A stretch of 64,000 bases of DNA from an uncultured Clostridia bacterium (GTDB lineage: Bacteria; Bacillota; Clostridia; Oscillospirales; Acutalibacteraceae). The position numbers and the translations under genes were made by a program. Below are positions 29,576 to 38,658 of the stretch, one piece after another. The DNA lies in the NCBI GenBank assembly GCA_904399395.1, contig CAJFPJ010000047.1:14323-78322 (forward strand), read 5' to 3'. The first letter of the stretch is position 1, and the number at the start of each line of letters is the position of its first letter. Under the pieces are notes generated by a model, which worked only from the letters and a program-made list of their open reading frames with translations, had not been told where the DNA came from and ran no database searches.

Positions 29576-30311
29576 GGATTTCCCTCCTTTTTTTCATAGA
29601 GCAAAGCGTACTCAGACGCTTTAAATACACGATGGCCAGAAGAACTGCCAGCCCACCATAGACGTAATCGGGAAGCAGGCAGAGAAGCCGCTCCCATTCT
29701 TTTTCATGCCGGCTGTAAGGGAAAAAGCCGGCTGCCCATATGAGGCTGGGCAGCAGCACGGAGATTGCCGGGAACCGTCCCGAGGGGATCACAAGGAGCA
29801 GCACGGAAAACAGAAGCAGGGAGCAGGCGGAAAGGGCGTTCATTTTCCAGAAGTCATTGGTGGCGGTAAAGAAGCTGGAAATACCGTTGGAGATGCCGTT
29901 CAACACAAGAGAGAGAAGGCTGAAGCACAGCGTCCGGAAGGAAAACAGCTCCAGGAAGGTATACCGGCAGGTCATCTGCACTTCCCAGCTGCCTTCTTCC
30001 TTTTCCTTCAGGATACAGAGCAGATAGACCAGGGAAAAAGAAAGGGGAGAGAACAGGAAAACGGCCCCGTAGGCTGTTCCTGCGGCCCACCTTGTATCGC
30101 AAAGGGAAAAGACTGCATAGGCCGAAAGGCCGGAAGAAAACAGGAGGATAAAAAAGATATCCCCCATGCCGATGAAGAGTCGGCGCAGGCCCACCTGGAA
30201 AATAAGCTCCCGCATACGGGAAAAGAGACTGTGTTTCGGCATGGCACGGCTGAGAATGGCGCCGATTTCCCGCTCTGTTTCAGGGAGAGTGGGGTATTCT
30301 ATTGGAATCAT
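29562..30311 (-). CDS. Polytopic membrane protein (candidate anti-sigma factor by position only)
   Basis: About 50 aa of cytoplasmic N-terminus, then roughly 6 TMs. ATGA overlap with the sigma gene stop, and a 14-nt overlap with the ATPase start. No zinc anti-sigma motif. Confidence 0.55.
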   Translation of the reverse strand: MIPIEYPTLPETEREIGAILSRAMPKHSLFSRMRELIFQVGLRRLFIGMGDIFFILLFSSGLSAYAVFSLCDTRWAAGTAYGAVFLFSPLSFSLVYLLCILKEKEEGSWEVQMTCRYTFLELFSFRTLCFSLLSLVLNGISNGISSFFTATNDFWKMNALSACSLLLFSVLLLVIPSGRFPAISVLLPSLIWAAGFFPYSRHEKEWERLLCLLPDYVYGGLAVLLAIVYLKRLSTLCSMKKRREIHAFY

Positions 30312-30919
30312 AGATGAAGCATCTCCTTTCGGATGGAGGCCGCTGTTCGGTAATAGCGGGTTTTGACGGTGGATTCCGGCAATGAGAGAGCGGTTCCTAT
30401 CTCCCGGAAGGTGTTTTGCCCGAATACCTTCATGCGGAAAATTGCCTGGGAGAGGGGCTCCTCTCTTGAGAGAAGCTGCAGGATTGCACGGGCTGTTTCC
30501 TTTTTCTCCAGCGCCGCTTCCAGAGCGTTTTCGGCCTCCACACTGCCGGGAGGCTCTTCCTCCGGGTAGGAGGAGAAATATTCCGTCTTTTGGGAAGCGC
30601 GGAAGGAGGCGCTTCTGTAACGATCAATGAGGAGGCGGGAGCCGATGGCGTAGATCCATGTGCGAAAAGAGGCTTTTTCGGCACAGTAGGAAGAAAGATT
30701 CCGCAGGACAGAGACAAAAATTTCCTGGGTCAGATCCATCGCTTCTTCCCGATCCATCACCTGACGGTAGCAAAAAGCATACATTTCCCGATAATAGAGG
30801 CCGAGAAGTTCTCCTGCGGCTTTGCGGTTTCCCCGGGTTGCCCGCCGTATCAGATTTTTCTCCTCCGTGTCTGCTTTCCAAATCCGCAAGGTTTCACTTC
30901 CCTCCTCAGCTTTCCGCAT
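30308..30919 (-). CDS. ECF-type RNA polymerase sigma-70 family factor
   Basis: Region 2 (YYREMYAFCYRQVMDREEAMDLTQEIFV) and region 4 HTH (TFREIGTALSLPESTVKTRYYR). Confidence 0.85.
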   Translation of the reverse strand: MRKAEEGSETLRIWKADTEEKNLIRRATRGNRKAAGELLGLYYREMYAFCYRQVMDREEAMDLTQEIFVSVLRNLSSYCAEKASFRTWIYAIGSRLLIDRYRSASFRASQKTEYFSSYPEEEPPGSVEAENALEAALEKKETARAILQLLSREEPLSQAIFRMKVFGQNTFREIGTALSLPESTVKTRYYRTAASIRKEMLHL

Positions 30920-30958
30920 GCCATTCCGGCCATGCGTTCTTTCCCCTCTCTATTGGTA

Positions 30959-30988
30959 TATACGAAGAAGGAGAGAGAATAGTTTGAA
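30959..30988 (-). promoter_or_regulatory. ECF-like promoter candidate (tCAAAC-N17-CGTAta)
   Basis: The minus strand reads tttttCAAACtattctctctccttcttCGTAtata, about 40 nt upstream of the sigma start. It resembles the AAC...CGT architecture of autoregulated ECF promoters. Confidence 0.4.
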
Positions 30989-31077
30989 AAAAATCCAAAA
31001 TTTTTCTAAGTTTTTTTGCTATACTATTTTCCTGAAATTTTTCCATTCTAATACCGACAGAAGATCGGTAAATAATG

Positions 31078-31114
31078 AAAAAAGCGCGGAAGAGAGGGTT
31101 CCTCTCTTCCGCGC
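31078..31114 (-). terminator. Terminator of the BNR-glycosidase gene
   Basis: 14-bp stem gcgcggaagagagg/cctctcttccgcgc with a U-run on the minus strand. Confidence 0.65.
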
Positions 31115-31219
31115 GTATCCTGCCTCTCTCCGGTCAAGTCCTGCAGAAGCTCAGCAGATGAAATCCCGGCAAAAGGGCCTGGATTCTATCATCTATCAAT
31201 AGAATGAAAACCGGAAATT

Positions 31220-32404
31220 TTATTCACATTTCTCGTAAACGTCGGCAATGGCGTATTCGATCTGGGCGAGTTTGGGGTTAATCTGCCGGGGGGAGAGGAT
31301 CAGAAGCTGCTTCCCACCGTTAATGGGCAGCATACACCGGGAATAGGAGGTAAATCCGCAGTTGAAATCCACGTCGATCATGCCGTCCAGCTTTTCCCAG
31401 TTTCCCTTTCCCAGATTGGAATTGGCCAGGATACCGCCGTATCCCCTGCCTGAGACCAGCAGCGTGCCGTTTTCGCCGCCCTTGTTGAGCCATATCACAT
31501 AGGGGGTTCCGGTGATATAGCTTCCGTCTGCACAGCGGACAGGATTCCCCAGAAATTCCGGATCCCCCCAATTTTCCAGGTCGTCCGAAAGGCGGAAGAA
31601 GACGGGGATGGAATCCAGATTGACCACTTCATATACCATAATATACTGGCCGTTGGGCATTTCTGCGATAATGGGCATTCCGGGGCGCTTTTGCCCATCC
31701 GGCATGGCCACGTCGATTACGGCGGGCCCCCAGGTGTAGCCTCCGTCTTTGGAAACCTTATGGAGCAGCAGCTGGTTACAGTTTTGTGAATGGAAATAGC
31801 CCTCGTCGGAATAATAGCAGATGAGCTCATTTTTCTTGTTTACAGCCAGGAAGGGCTCCCACACGGGGCGATCCTCATCCGCAAGGTCGGGGGCGTCCGT
31901 GCGGGCGGGGCCGCCTGCGGCAATCTCGCTCATAAACTCCCAGCTGCGGCCGCCGTCTGTGGATTTATAGATATGCAACAGCGTTTTGGAGAAATCATCG
32001 GGAATAATGTTTCCCGCACAGAGAATGGTTCCCGCTTCCAGCTCGCCGCACTTGCAGGGCAGTTCAAAAAGCTGCGGCTGATACCGGCATCCCCATCCCT
32101 TCTGGGTGTCTTCCACCTTAGAGCGAAGCTGCCAGGTGAGGCCGTTATCCTCGCTGGCATAAATGGAAAAGACGGGCGTGTCATAGGTATACTGCTCGAA
32201 GGTGCAAAGAATGGTGCCGTTCTCTGCACCGTTATGCTCCAGAAGAATGGCCCTGGGATACATGGCGCCGGGGGAGCGTTCCCCCTCTTTTGGAGTGTAA
32301 ACGGCTCCCGTGTGGCGCTTCTTCAGCAAGATCTTCGAGGCGTCCTTATCCAGAAAGGAAGCTCCGTTTGGGGAAAAGATAGAGTCGTGCAGATCGATTT
32401 TCAT
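31220..32404 (-). CDS. BNR/Asp-box beta-propeller glycosidase (sialidase superfamily, GH93-like), no signal peptide
   Basis: Three Asp-boxes: SEDNGLTW, STDGGRSW and SKDGGYTW. Confidence 0.75.
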   Translation of the reverse strand: MKIDLHDSIFSPNGASFLDKDASKILLKKRHTGAVYTPKEGERSPGAMYPRAILLEHNGAENGTILCTFEQYTYDTPVFSIYASEDNGLTWQLRSKVEDTQKGWGCRYQPQLFELPCKCGELEAGTILCAGNIIPDDFSKTLLHIYKSTDGGRSWEFMSEIAAGGPARTDAPDLADEDRPVWEPFLAVNKKNELICYYSDEGYFHSQNCNQLLLHKVSKDGGYTWGPAVIDVAMPDGQKRPGMPIIAEMPNGQYIMVYEVVNLDSIPVFFRLSDDLENWGDPEFLGNPVRCADGSYITGTPYVIWLNKGGENGTLLVSGRGYGGILANSNLGKGNWEKLDGMIDVDFNCGFTSYSRCMLPINGGKQLLILSPRQINPKLAQIEYAIADVYEKCE

Positions 32405-32909
32405 AGTGTGATGTCCTCCCGTTTATAATGTTTCCAGCCGTTTAAGGCCGAAAGAAGGCGAGGGTGCAAATATTCCCCGCCCTATAAGGTAAGCGCCTGC
32501 CGGCGCCCTTTCAATACAATCCCCATTGTAGTGAAGAACGGATAAAAAAGCAAGGTCTTACCTCTTATTTTTGAAAGAATTATAAACAAAGGAGGACGTA
32601 AAAAATTTAACTATTTAAGTCGCTTCACTATATGGTGATTACCTTCTTCTTTTGGCGGCATTGTTTAAGGCGGATTACCTGTATGCCTTGTGGAAAAGGG
32701 TATGTTTCGGCGCCTTTTTCTTTTCCCTTCCCCTGCAAAAAATGTGGTGTTTTTCTGTTGACATCCCGGCCATCCATGCTCTATAGTTACAGTCAGAAGG
32801 ATATTTCCCTCATGCTGTTCAGTCGCTGCCGGCGGGGAGGGGAAAACCTAATAGTTTACATTTTACATTGCGGGGAAACCCGCAGATGAAAAAGAAAGGA
32901 TGGCTGCAT

Positions 32910-34910
32910 ATGCTGAAGCAGGAAGGCAACGCTCTGATTCGCCGCTTTGACCGGGAACTGCTCCGGATCGAGCCCTGGGGAGAAAACAGCTTCCGTGTCC
33001 GGGCTACAAAGAACGGCGTAATGCTGGATAATGAGGACTTTGCTCTGGAGAAAGTTCCGGAGGTCCCTGCAAAAATCGAGATCAACGGAACCAGGGCTTC
33101 CATTGTAAATGGCAAGCTCCGCTGCGAGGTGTTTCCTTCGGGTAAAATTCGTTTTCTGAACCAGAAGGGAGAAGTCCTTTTGGAAGAATACGACCGCAAC
33201 CGCTTCCGTGAGGAAGATGAAGGCTTTAACAGCGCTTTGGAGATTTTTCCCCGCACCTTCACCCCAAACCGTGGAACGGAGAATTTCCGCCTTGCCGTGC
33301 GCTTTGAGGCCAGCGAGGGAGAAAAGCTCTTCGGCATGGGGCAGTACCAGCAGCCTTGGCTGGATCTGAAGGGCTGCATTGTGGAACTGGCACAGAGAAA
33401 TTCCCAGGCCAGCGTGCCCTTCCTGCTTTCCAATAAGGGATATGGCATGCTGTGGAACAACCCCGCCGTGGGCCAGGTGACCTTTGGTAAAAACCTGACG
33501 GAATGGATCGCGGAATCCACCCGTCAGATGGATTACTGGATCACCGCCGGAGATACGCCTGCGGAAATTGAAGAGTCCTATACCGGTGTGGTGGGCCGCG
33601 CGCCTATGATGCCGGAGTGGGCTACAGGTTTCTGGCAGTGCAAACTGCGCTACCAGACACAGGACGAGCTCATGAATATTGCCAGGGAATATAAGAAGCG
33701 CGGGCTCCCCATTTCTGTGATCGTCATCGATTATTTCCACTGGCCTCATCAGGGCGATTGGCGCTTTGACCCGGAATTCTGGCCGGATCCTGTGGGAATG
33801 GTAAAGGAACTGAAGGAAATGGGCATTGAGCTCATGGTCTCCATCTGGCCAACTGTAGAAGCCAAAAGCGAGAACTACCGGGAAATGCTGGAAAAGGGCT
33901 ATCTGATCGCCTCTGAAACGGGAAGCCGTATGACGCAGCTGGGCAACGCCTGCTTCGCGGATATGACCAACCCGGAGGCTAGGGAATACGTCTGGGGGAA
34001 GATTCGCGACAATTATTACAAATACGGCATCAAGGTCTTTTGGCTGGATGAAGCCGAGCCGGAGATGACCGCTTATGATTACAGCAATTTCCGCTATCAC
34101 AGAGGCGCGGATCTGGAGATCGGCAACCTCTATCCCAGAGAATATGCCAGAATGGCTTATGAGGGCATGGAAAAGGAGGGCCAGGAAAATATCCTGAACC
34201 TGCTGCGGTGCGCCTGGGCGGGCAGCCAGAAATACGGCGCTCTCGTATGGAGCGGCGACATCGATTCCAGCTTCCGTTCCCTCAGGAGCCAGTTTGCGGC
34301 AGGCCTGAATATGGGCATCGCAGGCATTCCATGGTGGACGACGGATATCGGCGGCTTCCATGGCGGCAATATCAACGATCCTGCCTTTAAGGAGTGCCTG
34401 ACCAGATGGTTCCAGTTCGGCGCTTTCTCCCCTGTGTTCCGCCTGCACGGAGACCGCGAGCCCCATAAGAAGCCCCTGACGGGCGTGGGCGGCGGCGCGA
34501 TGCCCAGCGGAGCGGATAATGAGGTCTGGACCTATGGTGAAGAGGTCTATGCGATCTGCAAGAAATATCTGTTCCTGCGGGAAAAGATGCGCCCCTATAT
34601 TCTGGATGTGATGAAGGAAGCCCACGAGAAGGGCGCTCCCGCTATGCGGACCCTCTTCTGGAACTTCCCCGAGGATAAGAAGAGCTGGGAGGTTTCCGAT
34701 GAATTCTGCCTGGGCGGCGATATCCTGGTGGCGCCTGTTCTGTATGAGAACCAGAGAAGCCGGGAAGTATACCTGCCCGCCGGCGTGAACTGGAGAGATT
34801 TGAATTCCGGGAAGATCCTGGAGGGCGGCAATACCTATACGGTGGATGCGCCCATCGATACCATTCCTGTGTTTATCCGGGAAGGGAAGCTCCCCGAGGT
34901 TACGTTCTGA
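32910..34910 (+). CDS. Glycoside hydrolase family 31 (alpha-xylosidase/alpha-glucosidase, YicI-like)
   Basis: KVFWLDEAEPE and WSGDIDSSF...GIPWWTTDIGGF are GH31 catalytic regions. The start is ATG 32910 or 32886. Confidence 0.9.
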   Translation: MLKQEGNALIRRFDRELLRIEPWGENSFRVRATKNGVMLDNEDFALEKVPEVPAKIEINGTRASIVNGKLRCEVFPSGKIRFLNQKGEVLLEEYDRNRFREEDEGFNSALEIFPRTFTPNRGTENFRLAVRFEASEGEKLFGMGQYQQPWLDLKGCIVELAQRNSQASVPFLLSNKGYGMLWNNPAVGQVTFGKNLTEWIAESTRQMDYWITAGDTPAEIEESYTGVVGRAPMMPEWATGFWQCKLRYQTQDELMNIAREYKKRGLPISVIVIDYFHWPHQGDWRFDPEFWPDPVGMVKELKEMGIELMVSIWPTVEAKSENYREMLEKGYLIASETGSRMTQLGNACFADMTNPEAREYVWGKIRDNYYKYGIKVFWLDEAEPEMTAYDYSNFRYHRGADLEIGNLYPREYARMAYEGMEKEGQENILNLLRCAWAGSQKYGALVWSGDIDSSFRSLRSQFAAGLNMGIAGIPWWTTDIGGFHGGNINDPAFKECLTRWFQFGAFSPVFRLHGDREPHKKPLTGVGGGAMPSGADNEVWTYGEEVYAICKKYLFLREKMRPYILDVMKEAHEKGAPAMRTLFWNFPEDKKSWEVSDEFCLGGDILVAPVLYENQRSREVYLPAGVNWRDLNSGKILEGGNTYTVDAPIDTIPVFIREGKLPEVTF

Positions 34911-35178
34911 AATAGCAGATCAGCACAGCCGCAGACTCAGACTTAGAAACCGCGGAAGGTGCAAAAGAAAAATCTGTGTGCAGGGTACAGGGGCTTTGAG
35001 GCTCCCTTCCCGATCACGGGCGGCATTCGGAAAACCGGGTGCCGCTCTTTTTTCCCTTTTACCCTTGCAGGGGGTCCGGTGTGGAAGAGCGGCCCGGCAT
35101 ATATACCGAATATGGTGCTTTCAATAGATGGATCCGGTATGGAGTGGGAAAGAGGATTCTATAAAAGGAGAGAAGAGA

Positions 35179-36030
35179 ATGACCTTTGAGGAAAAAAGCA
35201 AAAAAGCCCCCGACGCTGGGGAAAGGGTAGAGAAAACACCTCTGCCGGAAAGGCTCGAGGCGGTCTTCATAGACCGTGACGGAACCATGTGTGAAAGCGC
35301 CGCCATCGAGTATCCCTGGCAGTTTTCTCCCCTGCCGGGCCTTGAGAATATGCTGGGGGATATCCGCTCCACCGGCGCCAAGCTTTTTGCCTTTACCAAT
35401 CAATCCTGCATCGCAAGGGGCAAGGACAGAGGTTATGACTTTGCAGGGGAATTCCGGGAATGGGGCTTTGACGACTGGTTTATCTGCCCTCATGATGAAG
35501 AGGACGGCTGCTCCTGCCGGAAGCCCGCTCCGGGGCTTCTGGAAGAGGCCCGGGAAAAATACGGCCTCCGCATGGAAAACTGCTTTGTGATCGGCGACCG
35601 ATGGAGCGATATGCTTCCCGGAGGGCAGGTGGGCTGCAGGCTGATTTTAGTCCTTACCGGCCGGGGAAGGGACGCTTTGGAGGAGCACCGGGAAAAATGG
35701 GGGGAATATGCGCCGGATTTTGTGGCTCCCACCCTGCGGGAGGCGGCCCTTTGGCTGAAGGAGCGCTATGGGACGAAGGCAGCCGAAAAAACCGGGGGAA
35801 CCGAAGAAACGGCTGAAGTGGAGCAAGCGGGAAAAAAGGAGGAAGAGCTCCCCGAAATATTGCCCCGGGATCCTTTTATCCTTCTGAGCTATGTAAACAC
35901 CAAAATGCGGGACGAAGGCTGGGACCTGGAAACTTTCTGCCAGGAGACGGGAGCTCCCCGGCAGACCCTTTGCGCCGCCCTTGCAGCGATCGACTATGCA
36001 TACGAAGAAGAGCTTCGCCGCTTTGTGTGA
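35179..36030 (+). CDS. HAD-IIIA phosphatase (GmhB/histidinol-phosphatase-like) fused to a C-terminal DUF4250 domain
   Basis: FIDRDGT, FTNQS, CPHDEEDGCSCRKP (Zn loop) and GDRWSD. An E/K-rich linker follows, then LPRDPFILLSYVNTKMRD...IDYAYEEELRRFV. Confidence 0.8.
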   Translation: MTFEEKSKKAPDAGERVEKTPLPERLEAVFIDRDGTMCESAAIEYPWQFSPLPGLENMLGDIRSTGAKLFAFTNQSCIARGKDRGYDFAGEFREWGFDDWFICPHDEEDGCSCRKPAPGLLEEAREKYGLRMENCFVIGDRWSDMLPGGQVGCRLILVLTGRGRDALEEHREKWGEYAPDFVAPTLREAALWLKERYGTKAAEKTGGTEETAEVEQAGKKEEELPEILPRDPFILLSYVNTKMRDEGWDLETFCQETGAPRQTLCAALAAIDYAYEEELRRFV

Positions 36031-36223
36031 GGAAGTCTGTGAGTCCTCTGCAGCGTGTGGGGCGTAAGGCTTTGGCAGGTAAAAGTATAATGGCGTTGAA
36101 AGAAGCCCTCTTTCCAGAATGATGGAAAGAGGGCTTCAGGTATATACGGGATACGGGGCCCTTCTCCTTCTGGAGGATTCCGGAGAGCGGCAGGGCTCCC
36201 GCCGAAATTTGGATATCGAATCC

Positions 36224-36253
36224 GAATATTTGAGGCGCTTTCCGCATACAGAT
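36224..36253 (+). promoter_or_regulatory. SigE-like sporulation promoter upstream of spoIIID (GAATATT-N14-CATACAgat)
   Basis: Matches the B. subtilis SigE consensus as I remember it (ATA.. -35, 14-nt spacer, CATACA -10). It lies 30 nt upstream of the spoIIID TTG start. Confidence 0.5.
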
Positions 36254-36282
36254 GGGTAAACGAACTTGGGGAGGCGTCGCCG

Positions 36283-36579
36283 TTGAAAGGCATTGTAGAA
36301 GAGCGCGCCGTGGAGCTGGGCGAGTATATCGTCGAGCATAAAGCCACTGTCCGCACTGCGGCAAAGCAATTTGGCATCAGCAAGAGCACAGTTCATAAGG
36401 ATGTGGCCCAGAGGCTGAAATACATAGATCTGCAATTATATCGGAAGGTAAAGCGCGTTTTAGAGGTCAATAAGGCCCAGCGGCATATCCGCGGCGGCAT
36501 GGCGACCCGGATGAAATATCAGAAAGAGGCGGCTTCCCGCCAGTCTGAGAGGGGAGAGATGGAGAAAGACGGCGGATAA
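36283..36579 (+). CDS. spoIIID: Sporulation transcriptional regulator SpoIIID
   Basis: ERAVELGEYIVEHKATVRTAAKQFGISKSTVHKDV...RHIRGGMATRMKY aligns by eye with B. subtilis SpoIIID. TTG start with a gggagg RBS. Confidence 0.9.
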   Translation: MKGIVEERAVELGEYIVEHKATVRTAAKQFGISKSTVHKDVAQRLKYIDLQLYRKVKRVLEVNKAQRHIRGGMATRMKYQKEAASRQSERGEMEKDGG

Positions 36580-36617
36580 AAACGCTGCACCGCAAAAATT
36601 CTGGTGTGGCGGTTTTT

Positions 36618-36667
36618 AAAAAAGCACTGATACACGGGCCTAAGAAGCCTGTATCAGTGCTTTTTTT
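36618..36667. terminator. Bidirectional terminator (aaagcactgataca/tgtatcagtgcttt)
   Basis: 14-bp stem flanked by A- and T-runs, between the convergent spoIIID and the PHP gene. Confidence 0.75.
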
Positions 36668-36736
36668 CTATTTTTTCATATATGCTTATACACAAAGGAA
36701 TGGCAGCAGGAAGAAAGCCGCTCTGCAGCCGTTTTT

Positions 36737-37636
36737 TTATCCGTTTCTCTTTTTTTGCAGAAAATCTGCTATGGCTTCTGCAAACGATTGAGGAACAAAA
36801 AGATCCCCGTAGCCGCAGCCCAGGGAAAGACCCGGCTTGAAGCTCCCATGGAAGTCACTGCCTCCGGAGCGCAGAGCGCCGGTTTCCTCTGCCAGGCGTT
36901 CCGTTTCTCTGCGCCAAAAATCATCGTATTGGCAGTAACGGGTTTCCAGCCCATCGGCAACTTTTTCCACAAGAAGAGCTTTGGCTGTGGAAAGTGCCCT
37001 CTGGGGATCTCTGGAGATCTGGTTCACGTGGGCAATGATCACGGCACCGCCTGCTGTGTGGATGAGCCCGGCGCATTCCGACGGTGAAAAACGAGCCTTG
37101 GGCACATACCCTACGCCCCCCGGCGTCATATACGTTTGCACGGCTTCCATAGGGCTGGAAGCCCGTCCTCTCTCTGTGAGAAGTGCGCCGATATGAGTCC
37201 GGGTAACCATGCCGGTTTCCTGGGGAAAATCCTGCTGGGATATGGGCAAACCGGCGTCGTGGAGCTTCTGTATCATAGCCCGGTTCCGTTCTTTTCGCTT
37301 TTGAGCCATATCCAGAAGAGCGGCTGTGAGCTCCCGGCATGTGGGCTCGATGAAAAGCCCCAGCAGATGGATCTCACACTCTTCATAAAAGGTGGAAATC
37401 TCCACACCGGGAATCACGGGGATTCCCAGCTTTTTTCCTTCCGCCATAGCTTCCCCCAGGCCGGAGACGGTGTCATGGTCTGTTACCGCCAGGGAGGAAA
37501 GGCCGATCTTCTTCCCCAGACGAATCAGTTCCCGGGGAGTGAGAGAACCGTCGGAGGCGGTGGTGTGGGTATGCAGGTCGGTTTGGAGCCCTCTTGTTCC
37601 GCATGAAAGAGGCTCTCTTTCGTTTTCCTTTTTCAC
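36737..37636 (-). CDS. PHP domain metal-dependent phosphoesterase (COG0613-like)
   Basis: DLHTHTTASDGS...AVTDHDT is the PHP motif. GTG start overlaps the upstream stop (GTGA). Confidence 0.85.
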   Translation of the reverse strand: MKKENEREPLSCGTRGLQTDLHTHTTASDGSLTPRELIRLGKKIGLSSLAVTDHDTVSGLGEAMAEGKKLGIPVIPGVEISTFYEECEIHLLGLFIEPTCRELTAALLDMAQKRKERNRAMIQKLHDAGLPISQQDFPQETGMVTRTHIGALLTERGRASSPMEAVQTYMTPGGVGYVPKARFSPSECAGLIHTAGGAVIIAHVNQISRDPQRALSTAKALLVEKVADGLETRYCQYDDFWRRETERLAEETGALRSGGSDFHGSFKPGLSLGCGYGDLFVPQSFAEAIADFLQKKRNG

Positions 37637-38658
37637 AGCGCCGATTCCCCTTTCCCGCCGGTTCCGGCGTATGATGGACTTGCTTGCTCACCGGAAGCGG
37701 AAAGAGCCCCTTCCTCTGTTTTCGGAACAGCCTGAGGGGGATTCCAGTAGGCGGAGCCCTTCCGGCCGTATTCCGAAAGGAAGGGAAATGTTTCCGTCTC
37801 TGTTCGGAAACCGATCACCGTTCCCAGGTTTACGTTGTGGACGCTTAAGAAGATGTTCCTGTCCACGGCGGGATTCTTCCGGCGGAGTTCCCGGATCAGC
37901 TCTTTCATTTCCTGCCGCTTGCTCTCCACTCTTCCGGAGGCCAGCCCCTCGGTGAGCCTGCAGGCGCACTGGAGAAAGGTAAGGTGATTGTGATCCCTCC
38001 AGGCGATGATATCCGCTTCCTTTACCAGATACAGCGGGCGGATGAGCTCCATGCCCGGGTAATGGGAACTGTGGACCTTGGGCATCATGGTCTTGACCTC
38101 CGCCCCATAGAGCATGCTCATGAGGACGGTTTCGATCATATCGTCCATATGGTGGCCCAGGGCGATTTTGTTGCAGCCAAGCTCCTGCGCCAGCTTGTAA
38201 AGACACCCGCGGCGCATCCGGGCGCAGAGATAACAGGGGGATTTTTCCTGCCCTGCGGTTACCTCGAAGATGCGCTTTTCCCGGAGGGTTACAGGGATCC
38301 CCAGCCTGCGGGCATTTTCCAGGATCTGCCGCCGGTTTTCCGCCGTATAGCCCGGATCCATCACCAGGTATTCCACGTGAAAGGAAACGGGGCTGTATTT
38401 CTGCAGATGCTGCATGCATTTGGCCAGCAGCATGGAATCCTTCCCGCCGGAAATGCACACGGCGATCCGGTCCCCTTCCTCAATCATGGCATAGTCCTTC
38501 AGGGCGCCGATGAAAGGGTTCCATATGCGCTTTCGATAGGTTTTCAGGATGCTTTGCTCTATTTTTACACTTTCTTCCGCACTCTCCCCACTCTCTGCCG
38601 GTGCGGAAAGGGCGGAAGAAAACTTTTCCTGTTTTGAGGCTGGGGAAATGTGGGACAT
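37633..38658 (-). CDS. PP-loop ATPase, tRNA 2-thiocytidine synthase TtcA-like, with low-complexity N- and C-terminal extensions
   Basis: The PP-loop CISGGKDS, PCYLCARMRRG, and a later Cys pair (FLQCAC). Confidence 0.8.
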   Translation of the reverse strand: MSHISPASKQEKFSSALSAPAESGESAEESVKIEQSILKTYRKRIWNPFIGALKDYAMIEEGDRIAVCISGGKDSMLLAKCMQHLQKYSPVSFHVEYLVMDPGYTAENRRQILENARRLGIPVTLREKRIFEVTAGQEKSPCYLCARMRRGCLYKLAQELGCNKIALGHHMDDMIETVLMSMLYGAEVKTMMPKVHSSHYPGMELIRPLYLVKEADIIAWRDHNHLTFLQCACRLTEGLASGRVESKRQEMKELIRELRRKNPAVDRNIFLSVHNVNLGTVIGFRTETETFPFLSEYGRKGSAYWNPPQAVPKTEEGALSASGEQASPSYAGTGGKGESAL

